A stretch of DNA of 37,714 nt, from the NCBI GenBank assembly GCA_018302165.1, contig JAGWAA010000003.1:1-37714 (forward strand), given 5' to 3'. This document shows, one piece after another, positions 10,125-21,406 of this stretch. Every line of letters starts with the position of its first letter. Position 1 is the first letter of the stretch. The notes under the pieces are model-generated. The model ran no database searches, was not told the DNA's origin, and was given only the letters and a program-made list of their open reading frames with translations. A program made the translations under genes and the position numbers. The DNA is from Candidatus Woesearchaeota archaeon. Lineage in GTDB: Archaea; Nanobdellota; Nanobdellia; SCGC-AAA011-G17; GW2011-AR17.

Positions 10125-12971
10125 TTATTTATTAATTTTCTCAATCCCCAAAATAAATTTCTTTCCTTTAATATCCCCAACAACTGAAGAACCTTTATCT
10201 AAAGTCTCAGCACCAAAATTAATTTCTACAGTTCCACATCTCTCAGCAATCATATTCTTCCAACGTTTTAAATCAACTTCAAATTTCAAATACAACCTAA
10301 TTCTATCATTCCTATTCAACCCAGCATCTTTTCTCATTGATTGCACTTTTCTCATAATCTCTCTAGCAAATCCTTCTTCTTCTAAATCTTTAGTCATCGT
10401 CAAATCCAATTTAACAGAAATTTCTTTACCTTGACTATAATCAATAGTTTTAACATTCAATTGTTTTGAAATCAATCCAACAATTTCTTCATCCAAATTA
10501 ACATCACAAATAACATCCGCTTTTCCTAAAGGCCATTTCAATCCAACTTGTGCTTTATCTCTTTGTCCTAAACCCAGTTCAATAATTTTCATAACTCCAA
10601 CAAATTCTTTTTCAATTTCTTCATTAATTAATTTTTCATCATACTTTGGCCAAGTAGTCAAATGTACAGATTCTTCAGAAACAATATCAACACTTCTCAA
10701 AGATTGCCAGATACTTTCACAAAACAAAGGACAAATTGTTGCAAACATTTGTATAGCTTTCACATACACATCTTTCAAAGTATTATATACAATTCCAGGA
10801 CTCTCTAAAGATTTATCACGAGTCATTTTTATATAAACTCTAGAAATATCCAACAACAATTTTTCTAATTCAGTAATAGTTTCATCAAACTTGTATGCTT
10901 CAAACAAAAATGTAACCTTCTTAACAGCAGAATTCAACCTAGAAAGAATATATTTTTCTTCTATTCCAAGTTCTCCACTTTCTAAACCTTCAGAATTTTT
11001 TAATTGCAATAAATAGTTAGCCATATTCTGAAAGACAATCAAGTTTCTTTGTTTTTGTTTAATAGTCTCCCAATTGAAATTAATATTCTCTCCAGCAGTA
11101 GTCTCACAAATATAATATCTCAAAATATCCGAGGAAAATTTATCCACAACTTCATATGGCGAGATAATATTCCCTAATGATTTAGACATTTTCGTGCCCT
11201 CAAAATCAAAAATCATCCCATGATTATAAGCTCCTACATAACAAGGCTTCTTGAACATGATTGCAGAACATATTTGCAACATACTAAACCATAATCTAGT
11301 TTGCTCAGTAGCTTCTAAGATCAAATCCGCAGGAAAATATTTTTCAAACAAATCCTTTTTGTCCGGATAATACAAACAATTCCATGAAACTGTCCCTGAA
11401 TCCAACCAAACATCTAATACATCTAGAATTCTTTCAATAATCTTACCACATTTTGAACATTTAATTTTAACTTCATCAATCCATGGCTTATGCAAATCAT
11501 CAGGCAAATCATCAATAGCTTTTTCTTTTAGTTCATCCTTACTACCAATCACTTCAACATACCCACATGAACATTCCCAAATTGGTGCTGGTGTTCCCCA
11601 AAACCTCTGCCTAGTAACTCCATTATCTCTCAAATTTGAAATCCAAGATTCATAACTATCTTTTGAACTCTTTGGTTCCCATTTTATTTTTTTATTATAC
11701 TCTAAAATTTCTGGGATTAAATCTTCAATCTTCAAAAACCATTGTTCAGTTGTTCTGAATACAATAGGATTATGACATCTCCAACAGTGTGCATATTCGT
11801 GCTCAACTTCAGTTTCAGTAATCAAACAACCATTATTTTTAAAATATTCAATAAACTTTTTATCATCCTTCTTTGCAACCCAGCCATTAAATTTTCCACT
11901 AGTCAAAACACCTTTTTCATCTAAAGAATTAAACGCTTCAATATTATATGCTCTTCCAACTTCATAATCTTCAGGCCCACAACCAGGAGCACAATGAACT
12001 AATCCACTTCCAGCAGAAGTATCAACATATTGTTTTGATAATAAAACTGTATGCACATTAGGACACCTTTTTTTCAAATCAGCATACTCTTTTTTCAATT
12101 CTTCATGCAATGGATGCTCATAACTTAACCCTTCTAACTTCTCTCCTAAAAAAGTTTCTAAGGTTTCAAATTTATAACCTAATAATCCTGTAATGAAAAC
12201 AAACGCCAAATCTTTTGCAACTATCCAAACTTCTTTTCCTTTTTCAGTTTCAACCTCAGCTTTAACATAATACAAATCTGGGTTTACCATAACAGCTAAA
12301 TTATATAAAATCGTCCACGGAGTCGTTGTCCAAATTACTAAATATTCATTTTGTTTCTTATTCACTTTAAATTTTAAAAAAATAGAATCTTCCTTCAGGG
12401 TTTCATACTCTAATTCATGCTTTGCTAACGAAGTCTCACAAGAACCACACCAAGACATAACTTTTTTTCCTTTGTATAATCTTTTTTGCTTCCAAGCTTC
12501 TTTGAATAACAACCATTCTCCACTAATGAAATCATTTGTGATTGGCATGTACGCATTTTCAAAATCCATCCAGATACCAAGCCTCAATAAATCTAGATTC
12601 ATTTGTTTTGCTCCATTAAAAGAAAACTCTTTACACCTTATAGCAAACTTATCTAATCCAAAATTAATGATAGCATCCTTATCTTTAAGATTCATATCTT
12701 TTTGAACTTTATTTTCTGTAGGCAAACCATGCATATCATACCCAGCTCTATCCCAAACATCATAACCTTTCAATCTAAAGTATCTCATAGCAATATCTTT
12801 CATGCTATTATTCCATGCATGCCCAATATGCAATTTACCAGAAGTATAAGGCGGCCCTTGCAAGAAATAAAATTTCTTTCCTTTAGCATTATTTTTCTTT
12901 GATTTCAGATAAATATCATTATCTTCCCAAAACTTCAACATATCTTCTTCAATTTTCTTAAAGTCCTGCAT
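10125..12971 (-). CDS. ileS: Isoleucyl-tRNA synthetase (archaeal type)
   Basis: GPPYTSGKLHIGH, WTTTPWT, GSGLVHCAPG, RQRFWGTP, KMSKSLGN, EEGFAREIMRKVQSMRK. Confidence 0.96.
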   Translation of the reverse strand: MQDFKKIEEDMLKFWEDNDIYLKSKKNNAKGKKFYFLQGPPYTSGKLHIGHAWNNSMKDIAMRYFRLKGYDVWDRAGYDMHGLPTENKVQKDMNLKDKDAIINFGLDKFAIRCKEFSFNGAKQMNLDLLRLGIWMDFENAYMPITNDFISGEWLLFKEAWKQKRLYKGKKVMSWCGSCETSLAKHELEYETLKEDSIFLKFKVNKKQNEYLVIWTTTPWTILYNLAVMVNPDLYYVKAEVETEKGKEVWIVAKDLAFVFITGLLGYKFETLETFLGEKLEGLSYEHPLHEELKKEYADLKKRCPNVHTVLLSKQYVDTSAGSGLVHCAPGCGPEDYEVGRAYNIEAFNSLDEKGVLTSGKFNGWVAKKDDKKFIEYFKNNGCLITETEVEHEYAHCWRCHNPIVFRTTEQWFLKIEDLIPEILEYNKKIKWEPKSSKDSYESWISNLRDNGVTRQRFWGTPAPIWECSCGYVEVIGSKDELKEKAIDDLPDDLHKPWIDEVKIKCSKCGKIIERILDVLDVWLDSGTVSWNCLYYPDKKDLFEKYFPADLILEATEQTRLWFSMLQICSAIMFKKPCYVGAYNHGMIFDFEGTKMSKSLGNIISPYEVVDKFSSDILRYYICETTAGENINFNWETIKQKQRNLIVFQNMANYLLQLKNSEGLESGELGIEEKYILSRLNSAVKKVTFLFEAYKFDETITELEKLLLDISRVYIKMTRDKSLESPGIVYNTLKDVYVKAIQMFATICPLFCESIWQSLRSVDIVSEESVHLTTWPKYDEKLINEEIEKEFVGVMKIIELGLGQRDKAQVGLKWPLGKADVICDVNLDEEIVGLISKQLNVKTIDYSQGKEISVKLDLTMTKDLEEEGFAREIMRKVQSMRKDAGLNRNDRIRLYLKFEVDLKRWKNMIAERCGTVEINFGAETLDKGSSVVGDIKGKKFILGIEKINK

Positions 12972-13095
12972 ATCAACAAAAAACTTCCCAGTTGTTTAAA
13001 TAATTTGCCCAAAATAGCAACTCTAAAATATATACCAAAAGGTTTATAAAGAATCTTCTTACCTAATTTATATTAGAGGTGATAGGAATTGATAA

Positions 13096-13432
13096 ATGGA
13101 AGATATTATAGACAAACCGATGCTGGTTATGCAAATACGACCAGAGTTTTCTGTAGTTTACAAAGCAAATCCTAAACTTAAATTAAAAAAAGAATTTATA
13201 AAATCAAAAAAAGAATTCACTGATTATCTTACTAAAACCGCTAAAAACTGGAAAGAAGGAGATTATTTCTTAAGATCTGGTCTTGGTCCATTTGCAGCAT
13301 TCAACGTTAAAAAAGGCGGAAAAATAACTTTATACAAAGAAAACAAAAATAAAATCCCCTACTTATGTAACTTTATACAAAGAAAACAAAAATAAAATCC
13401 CCTACTTATGTTGGGGCGTTTTTAAAAAATGA
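13096..13432 (+). CDS. hypothetical protein; C-terminus altered by a 43-bp duplication (without it the protein ends ...IPYLCWGVFKK*)
   Basis: GAGGTGA SD upstream; the corrected stop overlaps the next ATG (ATGA at 13429). Confidence 0.6.
13325..13410 (+). repeat. 43-bp perfect tandem duplication
   Basis: TAACTTTATACAAAGAAAACAAAAATAAAATCCCCTACTTATG x2. Confidence 0.95.
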
Positions 13433-13803
13433 AATTATTAAATTTTAATTTTGAAAATATGAAATTGTACCATGTAGTTTTTGCAGGCTTAGGTACTTTA
13501 GGTGACATATTAAGCAGAGAAGAATATAATAATCCCAAATTAGAACACTATCTCCATTCATATGGTTCAGATGTAACAGTCCCATTTGGATTATATTTTG
13601 TAACAAGAGCATATGGAGCTTCAAAAAAAGCTACACTATTAACTTGGGGAACATTAGCAACTTTATCAGAGTTAGCAGAAATAGGTTCAGAAACAGGAGT
13701 ATTCGATCCAAAAGACTTTCTAGCATTTGCCACAGGTTTTAGCCTAGCCTTAGGAATAGAAAAAATTTTCGAACCTAAAAAAGAGTCACCAAAACCCTTA
13801 TAA
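13429..13803 (+). CDS. hypothetical membrane protein
   Basis: Hydrophobic segments, SELAE...FDPKDFLAF motif (VanZ/DUF2809-like, tentative). Confidence 0.55.
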   Translation: MKLLNFNFENMKLYHVVFAGLGTLGDILSREEYNNPKLEHYLHSYGSDVTVPFGLYFVTRAYGASKKATLLTWGTLATLSELAEIGSETGVFDPKDFLAFATGFSLALGIEKIFEPKKESPKPL

Positions 13804-13853
13804 ACATAATAAAACCTATTTTTAGCAATTAAATTAAGGAGTTAAATGAAAAA

Positions 13854-14165
13854 ATGATGAATGACAGATTTAGAAAACCCGTAGAACAGGGAGACGAAAT
13901 AGAAGTTACTATTGAGAGTACTGGAGCAAAAGGCGATGGTATCGCTAAAGTAAATAACTTTGTAGTTATTGTTCCAGGTGTTAAACAAGGAGATGTAGTT
14001 AAAGTCAAGATTACAAGAGTCCTAAAGAAAATGGCTTTCGCAGAAGTTGTTGGCGAAGGTTCAGGCAAATCAGAAGAATCATATTCTGAATCCGAAGAAG
14101 AAGCAGAATCAAACGAAGAAAGTTCAGATGAAGAAGCTTTAGAAGAAGACGAAGAAGAACAATAG
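13854..14165 (+). CDS. TRAM-domain RNA-binding protein with acidic tail
   Basis: PVEQGDEIEVTIESTGAKGDGIAKVNNFVVIVPG...GDVVKVKITRV. Confidence 0.9.
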   Translation: MMNDRFRKPVEQGDEIEVTIESTGAKGDGIAKVNNFVVIVPGVKQGDVVKVKITRVLKKMAFAEVVGEGSGKSEESYSESEEEAESNEESSDEEALEEDEEEQ

Positions 14166-14207
14166 ATTATCTAAAAACTTATAAATAATTTTCTTTTTTA
14201 TTAATTT

Positions 14208-15130
14208 ATGACAGATTCTACAATTTGGACAGAAAAATATCGACCCCAAACTTTTGAGGACATTAAAGGCCAAAAAAAAATAGTTGAAAGAATAAAAGCA
14301 TTTGTAGATCAACGAAATATGCCCCATATTCTTCTTGCTGGACCCGCAGGGGTTGGTAAATCAACAATTGCATTAGTTATAGCAAAAGAACTTTTTAAAG
14401 AAACTTGGAAAAATAATTTTTTAGAATTAAACGCATCTGATGACAGAGGGATTGATGTTGTTAGAAACACAATTAAAGAATTTGCAAAAACAAGAGCTTT
14501 AGGAAATGTTCCATTCAAAATTATTTTCTTAGATGAATGTGACTCTTTAACCAAAGAAGCCCAACAAGCACTTCGTAGGACTATGGAAAACTTTGTTACT
14601 TCTACTAGATTTGTTTTATCCTGTAACTATAGCAGTAAAATAATAGATCCAATTCAAAGTAGATGCACAGTTTTTAGATTCAAACCATTAACAAAAGAAG
14701 ATATTGAAGATTATGTAATGAAAATTGCAACCACAGAAAATCTTAATGTAATATTAGCCATGGTGATGTTAGAAAAATAACAAACGTCTTACAAAGTTGT
14801 TCTTCAATTGATCACAACATCACTGAAAATTTGGTTTATTCATTAGTTTCCGCGGCAGAACCAAAAGAAATTCAAGATATTTTATTATTAGCAATTAACA
14901 AAAGATTCATCCAATCAAGAGGTTTATTACTAGACACAATGCTTAAACATGGTTTATCAGGTTTAGATATCCTAAAACAAATTCAAAAAGAAACTATGGA
15001 AATAGATTCCATCTCTGATGAAAAAAGAATCGAATTATTAGATAAATGTGGAGAGATAGAATTTAGAATGGTTGAAGGCGCAGATGAATTCATACAACTA
15101 GAAGCATTATTAGCTTACTTTGCAAAATGA
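14208..15130 (+). CDS. rfcS: Replication factor C small subunit; frame broken at ~14750
   Basis: WTEKYRP, GPAGVGKS, LELNASDDRG, FLDECD, QSRC; continues in another frame as NISHGDVRKITNVLQ...EFRMVEGADEFIQLEALLA. Confidence 0.93.
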
Positions 15131-15351
15131 CATACACAATAGAAGTTCATCGTGAAGAAAAAGGATATTATTTAGAAATTAATAGAAATCCTAAATCAAA
15201 TGGAACAAAAAATAGAATCATTAAAGCTAATAGTTTAGATGACCTTGCAACAATATTATCAACAGAAACTATCAAAGCCCCAACGATATTTCAAATTAAA
15301 TACTTTGATGGTATATCCAAACGTGACCTGCGAAGCAGAATATATAAATAA
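15127..15351 (+). CDS. small hypothetical protein
   Basis: 74-aa ORF overlapping the rfcS stop (ATGA), ending 2 bp before rfcL. Confidence 0.5.
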   Translation: MTYTIEVHREEKGYYLEINRNPKSNGTKNRIIKANSLDDLATILSTETIKAPTIFQIKYFDGISKRDLRSRIYK

Positions 15352-15353
15352 TC

Positions 15354-16443
15354 ATGAATCCTTGGACCAAAAAATATATCCCAAAATTTACCAGAGAAAT
15401 TATTGGACAAGAAGCATCAATAATTAAAATAAAACAATCTCTGAATTTAAAAAAACCTTTCTTTTGAAGTTAATGCTTCTGATACAAGAAACAAAGAAGG
15501 TATTCAAAACCTCCTAGGCAGTTCAATGCAACAACAAAGCCTTTTTTCAAAAGGAAAATTAATATTAGTTGATGATATCGACGCCCTTTCAGGGACCAAA
15601 GATCGTGGAGGTCTAGGTGCAATTGAAGAATTAATCACAAAACCAAAACATCTAACCTTTTTAACTTGCATAGATCCTTGGGAGGATAAATTTTCAAAAC
15701 TCAGAAAAAAATGTATTTTGATAGAATTCCAATCATTAAAAAGAGATTCAATAATTAATCATTTAAAAAAAATATGTGAAGAAGAAAAAGTAAATTATAC
15801 TGAAAAAGACTTACAAGAAATAGCAAAATTAAGCAAAGGCGATTTAAGAGCCGCAATTAATGATCTCCAAGCATTCAGTATCACAAAAACTATTTCAACA
15901 GAGGATAAATCAGAAAGAGATAAAGAAGAAGATTTAATTTTTTGTTTAAGAAAAATTTTAAAAAGTAAAAAATGGAATGAAACCATAAATATTTTTGATA
16001 AAACAAATGAAGATCTAAATGAATGCATGCTATGGTTGGATGAGAATCTCCCAAAAGAATATTCTTCTGAAGATTTAAAAAAAGCTTATGAAAAACTTTC
16101 AAGAGCAGATGTATTTCAAGGTAGAATAAGAAGATGGCAATATTGGAGATATTTAGTTTACATAAATATTCTAATTACCTCAGGCATTGCAATTTCAAAA
16201 AAAGAAACAAATCCTGAAACTCCAGAATATACTAGAACTTCAAGGATATTAAAACTCTGGATGGCAAAAGTTAGAAATGCAAAGAAGAAATCCATTTCAG
16301 AAAAAATTGCAACAGTAACACACACCTCAAAACATCGCGCATTAAAAGATACTTACCCATACTTACGTAAGATTTTACAAAATCCTGAGGTTATAAAAGA
16401 ATTAGAACTAGACGAAGAAGAAATTGAATGGCTTAGGAAGTAA
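15354..16443 (+). CDS. rfcL: Replication factor C large subunit; Walker A segment missing and frame broken at ~15461
   Basis: MNPWTKKYIP...IIGQ (15354-15467), then in another frame FEVNASDTRN...LILVDDID...GDLRAAINDLQ...WLDEN...LSRADVFQGRIRRWQYW. Confidence 0.9.
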
Positions 16444-16972
16444 TTAAAATTAATTGTTTAACTCTATCCATCCTCAATTCAATAATAGATTCTTGTAATT
16501 CTTTAATCTTAAAAAATACAAACCTTTTATCATTATCTTCTAATTGTTCATAAAAAGGTTGAATCTGTCCATAATAAATTTCTGCAAAATCTAATTTATT
16601 TTTTAGAACAGCATTATCACATTTGTTTAACAATTCAACAATTTTAACCCAAGGATCTATTTCATCAAAATCAACTTTTGGTACTTCAACAGTTCTCAAA
16701 TAAGCTTTAGGCGAAACGTCTTTAGGTACAGGAACTTCTATTTCAATAAACTTAGGAACTTTTTTTAATTGTTTTTCTTTATACTTTGGAATATTCCTTA
16801 ATTTTTTTCGAGATATTTTAATCACACTCTTCATAGATATTTTAGGTTTAGGAGCAACACCAGCCAAATAATCAACACTACTTTTATTTAATTTAATTAA
16901 ATCTTTAGCAGGAACAGAATAATTTTTCATAAACTTTTGTTGAAATTTTGAAACTGCATCCTTTGAAATCAT
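16433..16972 (-). CDS. hypothetical protein
   Basis: 179-aa ORF, no recognised motif. Confidence 0.55.
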   Translation of the reverse strand: MISKDAVSKFQQKFMKNYSVPAKDLIKLNKSSVDYLAGVAPKPKISMKSVIKISRKKLRNIPKYKEKQLKKVPKFIEIEVPVPKDVSPKAYLRTVEVPKVDFDEIDPWVKIVELLNKCDNAVLKNKLDFAEIYYGQIQPFYEQLEDNDKRFVFFKIKELQESIIELRMDRVKQLILITS

Positions 16973-17008
16973 ACTCTTATTAAAACAAAAATAATATATA
17001 AATATATC

Positions 17009-17851
17009 TTAAAATTTCATAGAGTTCAATCTTTTAATTCTATCATCAGTTGAAGGATGAGTACTTAACATAGACATAAAACCTTTCCAACTAAAAGGAT
17101 TCACAATAAACAAAGACGCACCAGCAGAAGATTCATTAGTGAAAGGATGTTCCTTAACGCCAGATTCCAATTTTTTTAATGCTGAAGAAAGTCCTTTAGA
17201 ATCTTTTAAAATTTTAGCCGCACTTTCATCAGCCAAATATTCCCTGCTTCTCGAAATAGCCATCTGGATTAAGAAAGCCATTATTGGTGTAATAATTCCC
17301 AAAACTAATAACCCTAACAATCCTCCTCCATTATCATCATCACCACCACCAAGAATTGTACTCCATCTCGCCATAGCACCAACGAATGAAATAACACCAG
17401 CAATTGTAGCTGCAATTGTAGCCACTAAAATATCTCTATTTTTTACATGTGAAATTTCATGAGCAATAACCCCTTTCAATTCCTCTTTATCTAATAATTC
17501 CATTATACCAGTCGTCACAGCAACAGCAGCATGTTTCGGATTCCTTCCAGTAGCGAATGCATTTGGATTAGCAGATGTAACTATGTAAACTTTAGGCTTT
17601 GGAATATTCGCCAATTTTGCAATCTCAGAAACTAACTCATGCAACTCTGGATACTTACTTTTTTCAGCAAGCTTGGCTTTATACATCCACAAAACAATTT
17701 TATCCGAATAGAAATATGAAACAAAATTCATTAATAATGCAAATATAAAACCAATAATTAATCCATAAGGACCAAATAAATATCCAATACCTAATAATAT
17801 TCCAGTTAGTAACCCTAAAAATATTACAGTCTTAAAAGAGTTAAAATTCAT
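17009..17851 (-). CDS. htpX: HtpX zinc metalloprotease (M48)
   Basis: PNAFATGRNP, GVIAHEISH, SRSREYLAD, STHP. Confidence 0.96.
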   Translation of the reverse strand: MNFNSFKTVIFLGLLTGILLGIGYLFGPYGLIIGFIFALLMNFVSYFYSDKIVLWMYKAKLAEKSKYPELHELVSEIAKLANIPKPKVYIVTSANPNAFATGRNPKHAAVAVTTGIMELLDKEELKGVIAHEISHVKNRDILVATIAATIAGVISFVGAMARWSTILGGGDDDNGGGLLGLLVLGIITPIMAFLIQMAISRSREYLADESAAKILKDSKGLSSALKKLESGVKEHPFTNESSAGASLFIVNPFSWKGFMSMLSTHPSTDDRIKRLNSMKF

Positions 17852-17883
17852 AGTTTAAATAGAAAAATCTCAATTTAAAAACT

Positions 17884-18861
17884 TTACGAAGTATATTCTA
17901 AATAAACCTCAGGCAAAGTCTTCCATTCAACTTGTCCAGTTTGAATATAATTTTCATCAACATAATCTAACCATTCTTTCAATAAATTTTCATTATGTAA
18001 ATCTGTATCACCAAGACTCCAACCAAAATAAATTAAATTAATTTCATTAGAATCTACTTCATTTAAAACAATCTCAATATTCTGATAACTTGCTTCCAAA
18101 TCCTCAGAGGTCAAATCTGCATTACTAACTTCTGAAATCCCTAAACTATCTTCATATTGAGCATATAAAACATTTCTTGCATTAAAGATTACTAAATCTC
18201 CACTATTACTATATAACCAATTTTCACCAGAACTAGCAAGAATAGGAGTTAAACTTTGAGTAATATCCTCAGGTAAAGGCCCATGACATTCACCAGGACT
18301 CAAACAATTTTTATATTTTTCAGGCCTCAAATCCTCTGGCATAGACATTGCACAATATCCCACACTACCAGAAGTAAATTTATATCCTGCATCAATAGCA
18401 GCTTTAACCCAATCCATTTCTGAACAAATTCCAGAAACATGCAAAATTTTAAAATCAACTAACTTTTCAAGATCTAATCTTGAGTCCTTAATTTCTTTAA
18501 CAAAAATATCATAATCATAATTTTCATTCAAAGAATACCCCGCATCAGCATGAACACCGACACCATGACCCCTATCATGCAAATCTTGAATAATATTTGA
18601 ATCCCACCTCTCAGCAGCTTCAATAAATTCAGGACTAAATTCAAAAGTTCCAACAGCCCCATAATCTTCTAGAATAGAAGCCATATTCTCTACGGCACTC
18701 GCATGCAAATTAAAACTATCCTCTAAATTAACTTCATTCTTCCACCCTTCAACATGTATCATCAACCCCAGGTATAATTTTTCATTAGAATCTTGAATCG
18801 AACAAGAAGATAAAAACATTAAAATCAATAAAATGAACAAAATAATTTTTTTCATAAACAA
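17884..18861 (-). CDS. Lipoprotein, polysaccharide-deacetylase/NodB-like barrel (tentative)
   Basis: Lipobox FLSSC; MIHVEG, GTFEF and RGHGVGVH metal-ligand-like motifs. Confidence 0.55.
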   Translation of the reverse strand: MFMKKIILFILLILMFLSSCSIQDSNEKLYLGLMIHVEGWKNEVNLEDSFNLHASAVENMASILEDYGAVGTFEFSPEFIEAAERWDSNIIQDLHDRGHGVGVHADAGYSLNENYDYDIFVKEIKDSRLDLEKLVDFKILHVSGICSEMDWVKAAIDAGYKFTSGSVGYCAMSMPEDLRPEKYKNCLSPGECHGPLPEDITQSLTPILASSGENWLYSNSGDLVIFNARNVLYAQYEDSLGISEVSNADLTSEDLEASYQNIEIVLNEVDSNEINLIYFGWSLGDTDLHNENLLKEWLDYVDENYIQTGQVEWKTLPEVYLEYTS

Positions 18862-18938
18862 TCTAAATACAAAAAGTTATAAAAAACTTTCCTTTAAGAT
18901 TGAGAAAATTAATAAACAATCATTCCCACATCAAAAGA

Positions 18939-20273
18939 ATGACCTATAATATTATTATCGGAAGAACCGAGTCTGATAGAAAGAAGTTTGGAGAAAAAGG
19001 AACAATTCTCATAGGCCGTTCTTATGTTAAAATGGGCCAAACCACGACCTTATCAAATTATGTTTATATGGATGTAATCAAATCACATGTAGTATTAATT
19101 GTTGGAAAGAGGGGTTCTGGCAAGTCATACTCATCATCAGTCATCACCGAAGGGATTATAGACCTTCCAGATGAAATTTCAAATAATCTTTCTGTAATAA
19201 TGTTAGATACAATGGGCGTTTTCTGGACAATGAAATATCCTAATGAAAAAGATACAGGATTATTAGAACAATGGGGACTGAAAGCAAAAGGATTAGAAAG
19301 AATTAAAATCTTCACACCAATAGGAATGTATGAATATTCCAAATCGATTGGCATTCCAACAGATGCACCATTCTCAATCAAAGCTTCAGAATTATCTGGA
19401 GAAGATTGGCGTCTAGCTTTTGAACTTTCATCTTCTCACCCAGTTTCAATTTTAATTGATAAAATTCTAGGCGATTTAGCAGATTTAAGAAAAGAAGAAT
19501 TTAATGTTGATGATATAATTAATTTAATTCAAAAAGATAATACTTTTTCAAATGAAACAAAAAATGAAGCAATTAATAGATTCAAAGCTTCAAAAGGTTG
19601 GGGTTTATTTTCAAATGAAGGAACAAAAATTGAAGTTCTAATAAATCGTGGAGCAGTTTCAGTTTTAGATATGTCTGCTTACGCAACTTCTTCAGGTGGC
19701 TGGGGAATCAAAGCTCTTGTTGTAGGATTAATATCTAAAAAAATATTTGTTGAAAGAATGCTTTCCAGAAAATTAGATGAAATTGAATCTATCAGAACAG
19801 GTTATTCATATTTCAAAATCAAAGAAGAAGTTTCAGAGGATAAAAAACCATTAATTTGGTTTATTTTAGATGAAGCTCATGAATTACTTCCTGCAATCGG
19901 AAAAACTGCAGCAACAGACGCTTTGGTAACAATATTAAGAGAAGGTCGTCAACCTGGAATTTCATTATTATTAATTACTCAACAACCAGGAAAGATTCAT
20001 TCAGATGTTTTAACACAATCAGATATAGTCCTTGCACATAGACTAACAGCAAAAATAGATGTTGAAGCTTTCAACTCCATGATGCAATCATATTTAGGAG
20101 ACACCTTAACAAGTTACTTGAACATCCTTCCAGCAGATCCAGGAGCAGCAATTGTTTTAGATGATAACTCAGAAAGATTATATCCTATTCAAGTTCGTCC
20201 AAAAGTATCCTGGCACGGAGGAGAATCCCCTACTGCAATCAAATTCGAGAGGTCAAAGAATTTAGGATTGTAA
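18939..20273 (+). CDS. HerA/FtsK-like (DUF87) P-loop ATPase
   Basis: HVVLIVGKRGSGKS, WFILDEAH, LREGRQPG, ITQQP; likely start MTYNIIIGR. Confidence 0.88.
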   Translation: MTYNIIIGRTESDRKKFGEKGTILIGRSYVKMGQTTTLSNYVYMDVIKSHVVLIVGKRGSGKSYSSSVITEGIIDLPDEISNNLSVIMLDTMGVFWTMKYPNEKDTGLLEQWGLKAKGLERIKIFTPIGMYEYSKSIGIPTDAPFSIKASELSGEDWRLAFELSSSHPVSILIDKILGDLADLRKEEFNVDDIINLIQKDNTFSNETKNEAINRFKASKGWGLFSNEGTKIEVLINRGAVSVLDMSAYATSSGGWGIKALVVGLISKKIFVERMLSRKLDEIESIRTGYSYFKIKEEVSEDKKPLIWFILDEAHELLPAIGKTAATDALVTILREGRQPGISLLLITQQPGKIHSDVLTQSDIVLAHRLTAKIDVEAFNSMMQSYLGDTLTSYLNILPADPGAAIVLDDNSERLYPIQVRPKVSWHGGESPTAIKFERSKNLGL

Positions 20274-20754
20274 TAGGATCATAAATATCATACATTTCAA
20301 TAAGTTTATGTCCATAATGAAATCTTATATCCCCAGGTAAATCTTTCTTAAAAATAATTCTTTCTTTTTCTAAAGACTCCACAACATCACTCATCTTAAA
20401 ACAATGGTTATCCTGAAAATTTAATCCACAAGGATAAACTAATCTTTGCTTAAATCTTTGTTTAAATTTTTCTTCAAATTCATCAACTAAACCCAATCCT
20501 AAAACCGGAACAAAAAAAGGAAACCTACCATCATGAGCACGAATAAAATTAATAATTTCAAAACCTCCTATAACAGAAATATCTTGAGTAATCATTCCGA
20601 TAAAAACTTCATTAAATTCAGCTCCATCAAATCTAATCCTATAACCCATCCCAGTTTCTCTATGTAAATAATAATAAGAATCACTTTCAACCCCCGAATT
20701 TGTTCTAAACAAAAGATCATATAATCTCCCATTTCTTTCAATTGAATTCATCAT
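20239..20754 (-). CDS. hypothetical protein
   Basis: Long ORF; start at MMNSIE avoids overlap with rlmE. Confidence 0.5.
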   Translation of the reverse strand: MMNSIERNGRLYDLLFRTNSGVESDSYYYLHRETGMGYRIRFDGAEFNEVFIGMITQDISVIGGFEIINFIRAHDGRFPFFVPVLGLGLVDEFEEKFKQRFKQRLVYPCGLNFQDNHCFKMSDVVESLEKERIIFKKDLPGDIRFHYGHKLIEMYDIYDPITILNSLTSRI

Positions 20755-20803
20755 TAAAAAAAATAAAAGAAGATATATAAATACTTTTATGATTCTAAAA
20801 CAT

Positions 20804-21406
20804 ATGACATACAACCGTCAAGATCATTATTACATGAAAGCAAAAAAAGAAGGCTTTCGTGCACGTTCTTCATACAAATTAATAGAAATTCAAAAAAAAT
20901 ATGATTTAATCAAAGCTAATGATTCAGTGCTGGATATTGGTTGTGCTCCAGGATCTTGGTTACAATTTGTAAAACAAAGAACCAAAGGCAAAATATTAGG
21001 AATAGATTTAGTTTCAATAAAACCAATTGGAGGAATAGAATTCATACAAGGAGATATCAACGACAAAGAAATCCAAAAAAAAATAATCCAAAAATTCAAT
21101 GTTGTACTTTCAGATATTGCCCCAAAAACATCAGGCATCAGAGAAAGAGATCAATACTTATCCTTCCAATTATCCAGAGAATCATTCCTCATAGCAAAAA
21201 AAGCACTAAAACCAAATGGAAATTTTGTAGTAAAAACTTTCCAATCTCAAGAAACAGAAGAATTAGTAAAAGAAATTAAACCTTATTTTGAATTTGTAAA
21301 AAGATACACTCCACAATCAACAAGACAAGGTTCAAAAGAAATTTTTATTGTAGCTTTAGGATTTAAAACTACATCTTCTCCAAAGCTTTTTTCATCAAAG
21401 GAATAA
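20804..21406 (+). CDS. rlmE: 23S rRNA 2'-O-methyltransferase RlmE/FtsJ
   Basis: DHYYMKAKKEGFRARSSYKL, LDIGCAPGSW, VLSDIAP, VVKTF, SKEIF (K-D-K-E tetrad). Confidence 0.93.
   Translation: MTYNRQDHYYMKAKKEGFRARSSYKLIEIQKKYDLIKANDSVLDIGCAPGSWLQFVKQRTKGKILGIDLVSIKPIGGIEFIQGDINDKEIQKKIIQKFNVVLSDIAPKTSGIRERDQYLSFQLSRESFLIAKKALKPNGNFVVKTFQSQETEELVKEIKPYFEFVKRYTPQSTRQGSKEIFIVALGFKTTSSPKLFSSKE

Noticed and set aside
13325..13410. 43-bp tandem duplication as a functional repeat
   Set aside because: A perfect copy that frameshifts the ORF; removing it restores an ATGA overlap with the next gene, so it is probably an assembly artefact or very recent slippage.
14070..14162. GAA-rich low-complexity tract
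   Set aside because: It simply encodes the acidic tail of the TRAM protein.
14740..14780. Programmed ribosomal frameshift in rfcS (also considered for rfcL and mcm)
   Set aside because: Conserved residues are physically missing at each junction, so frameshifting would not restore the proteins.
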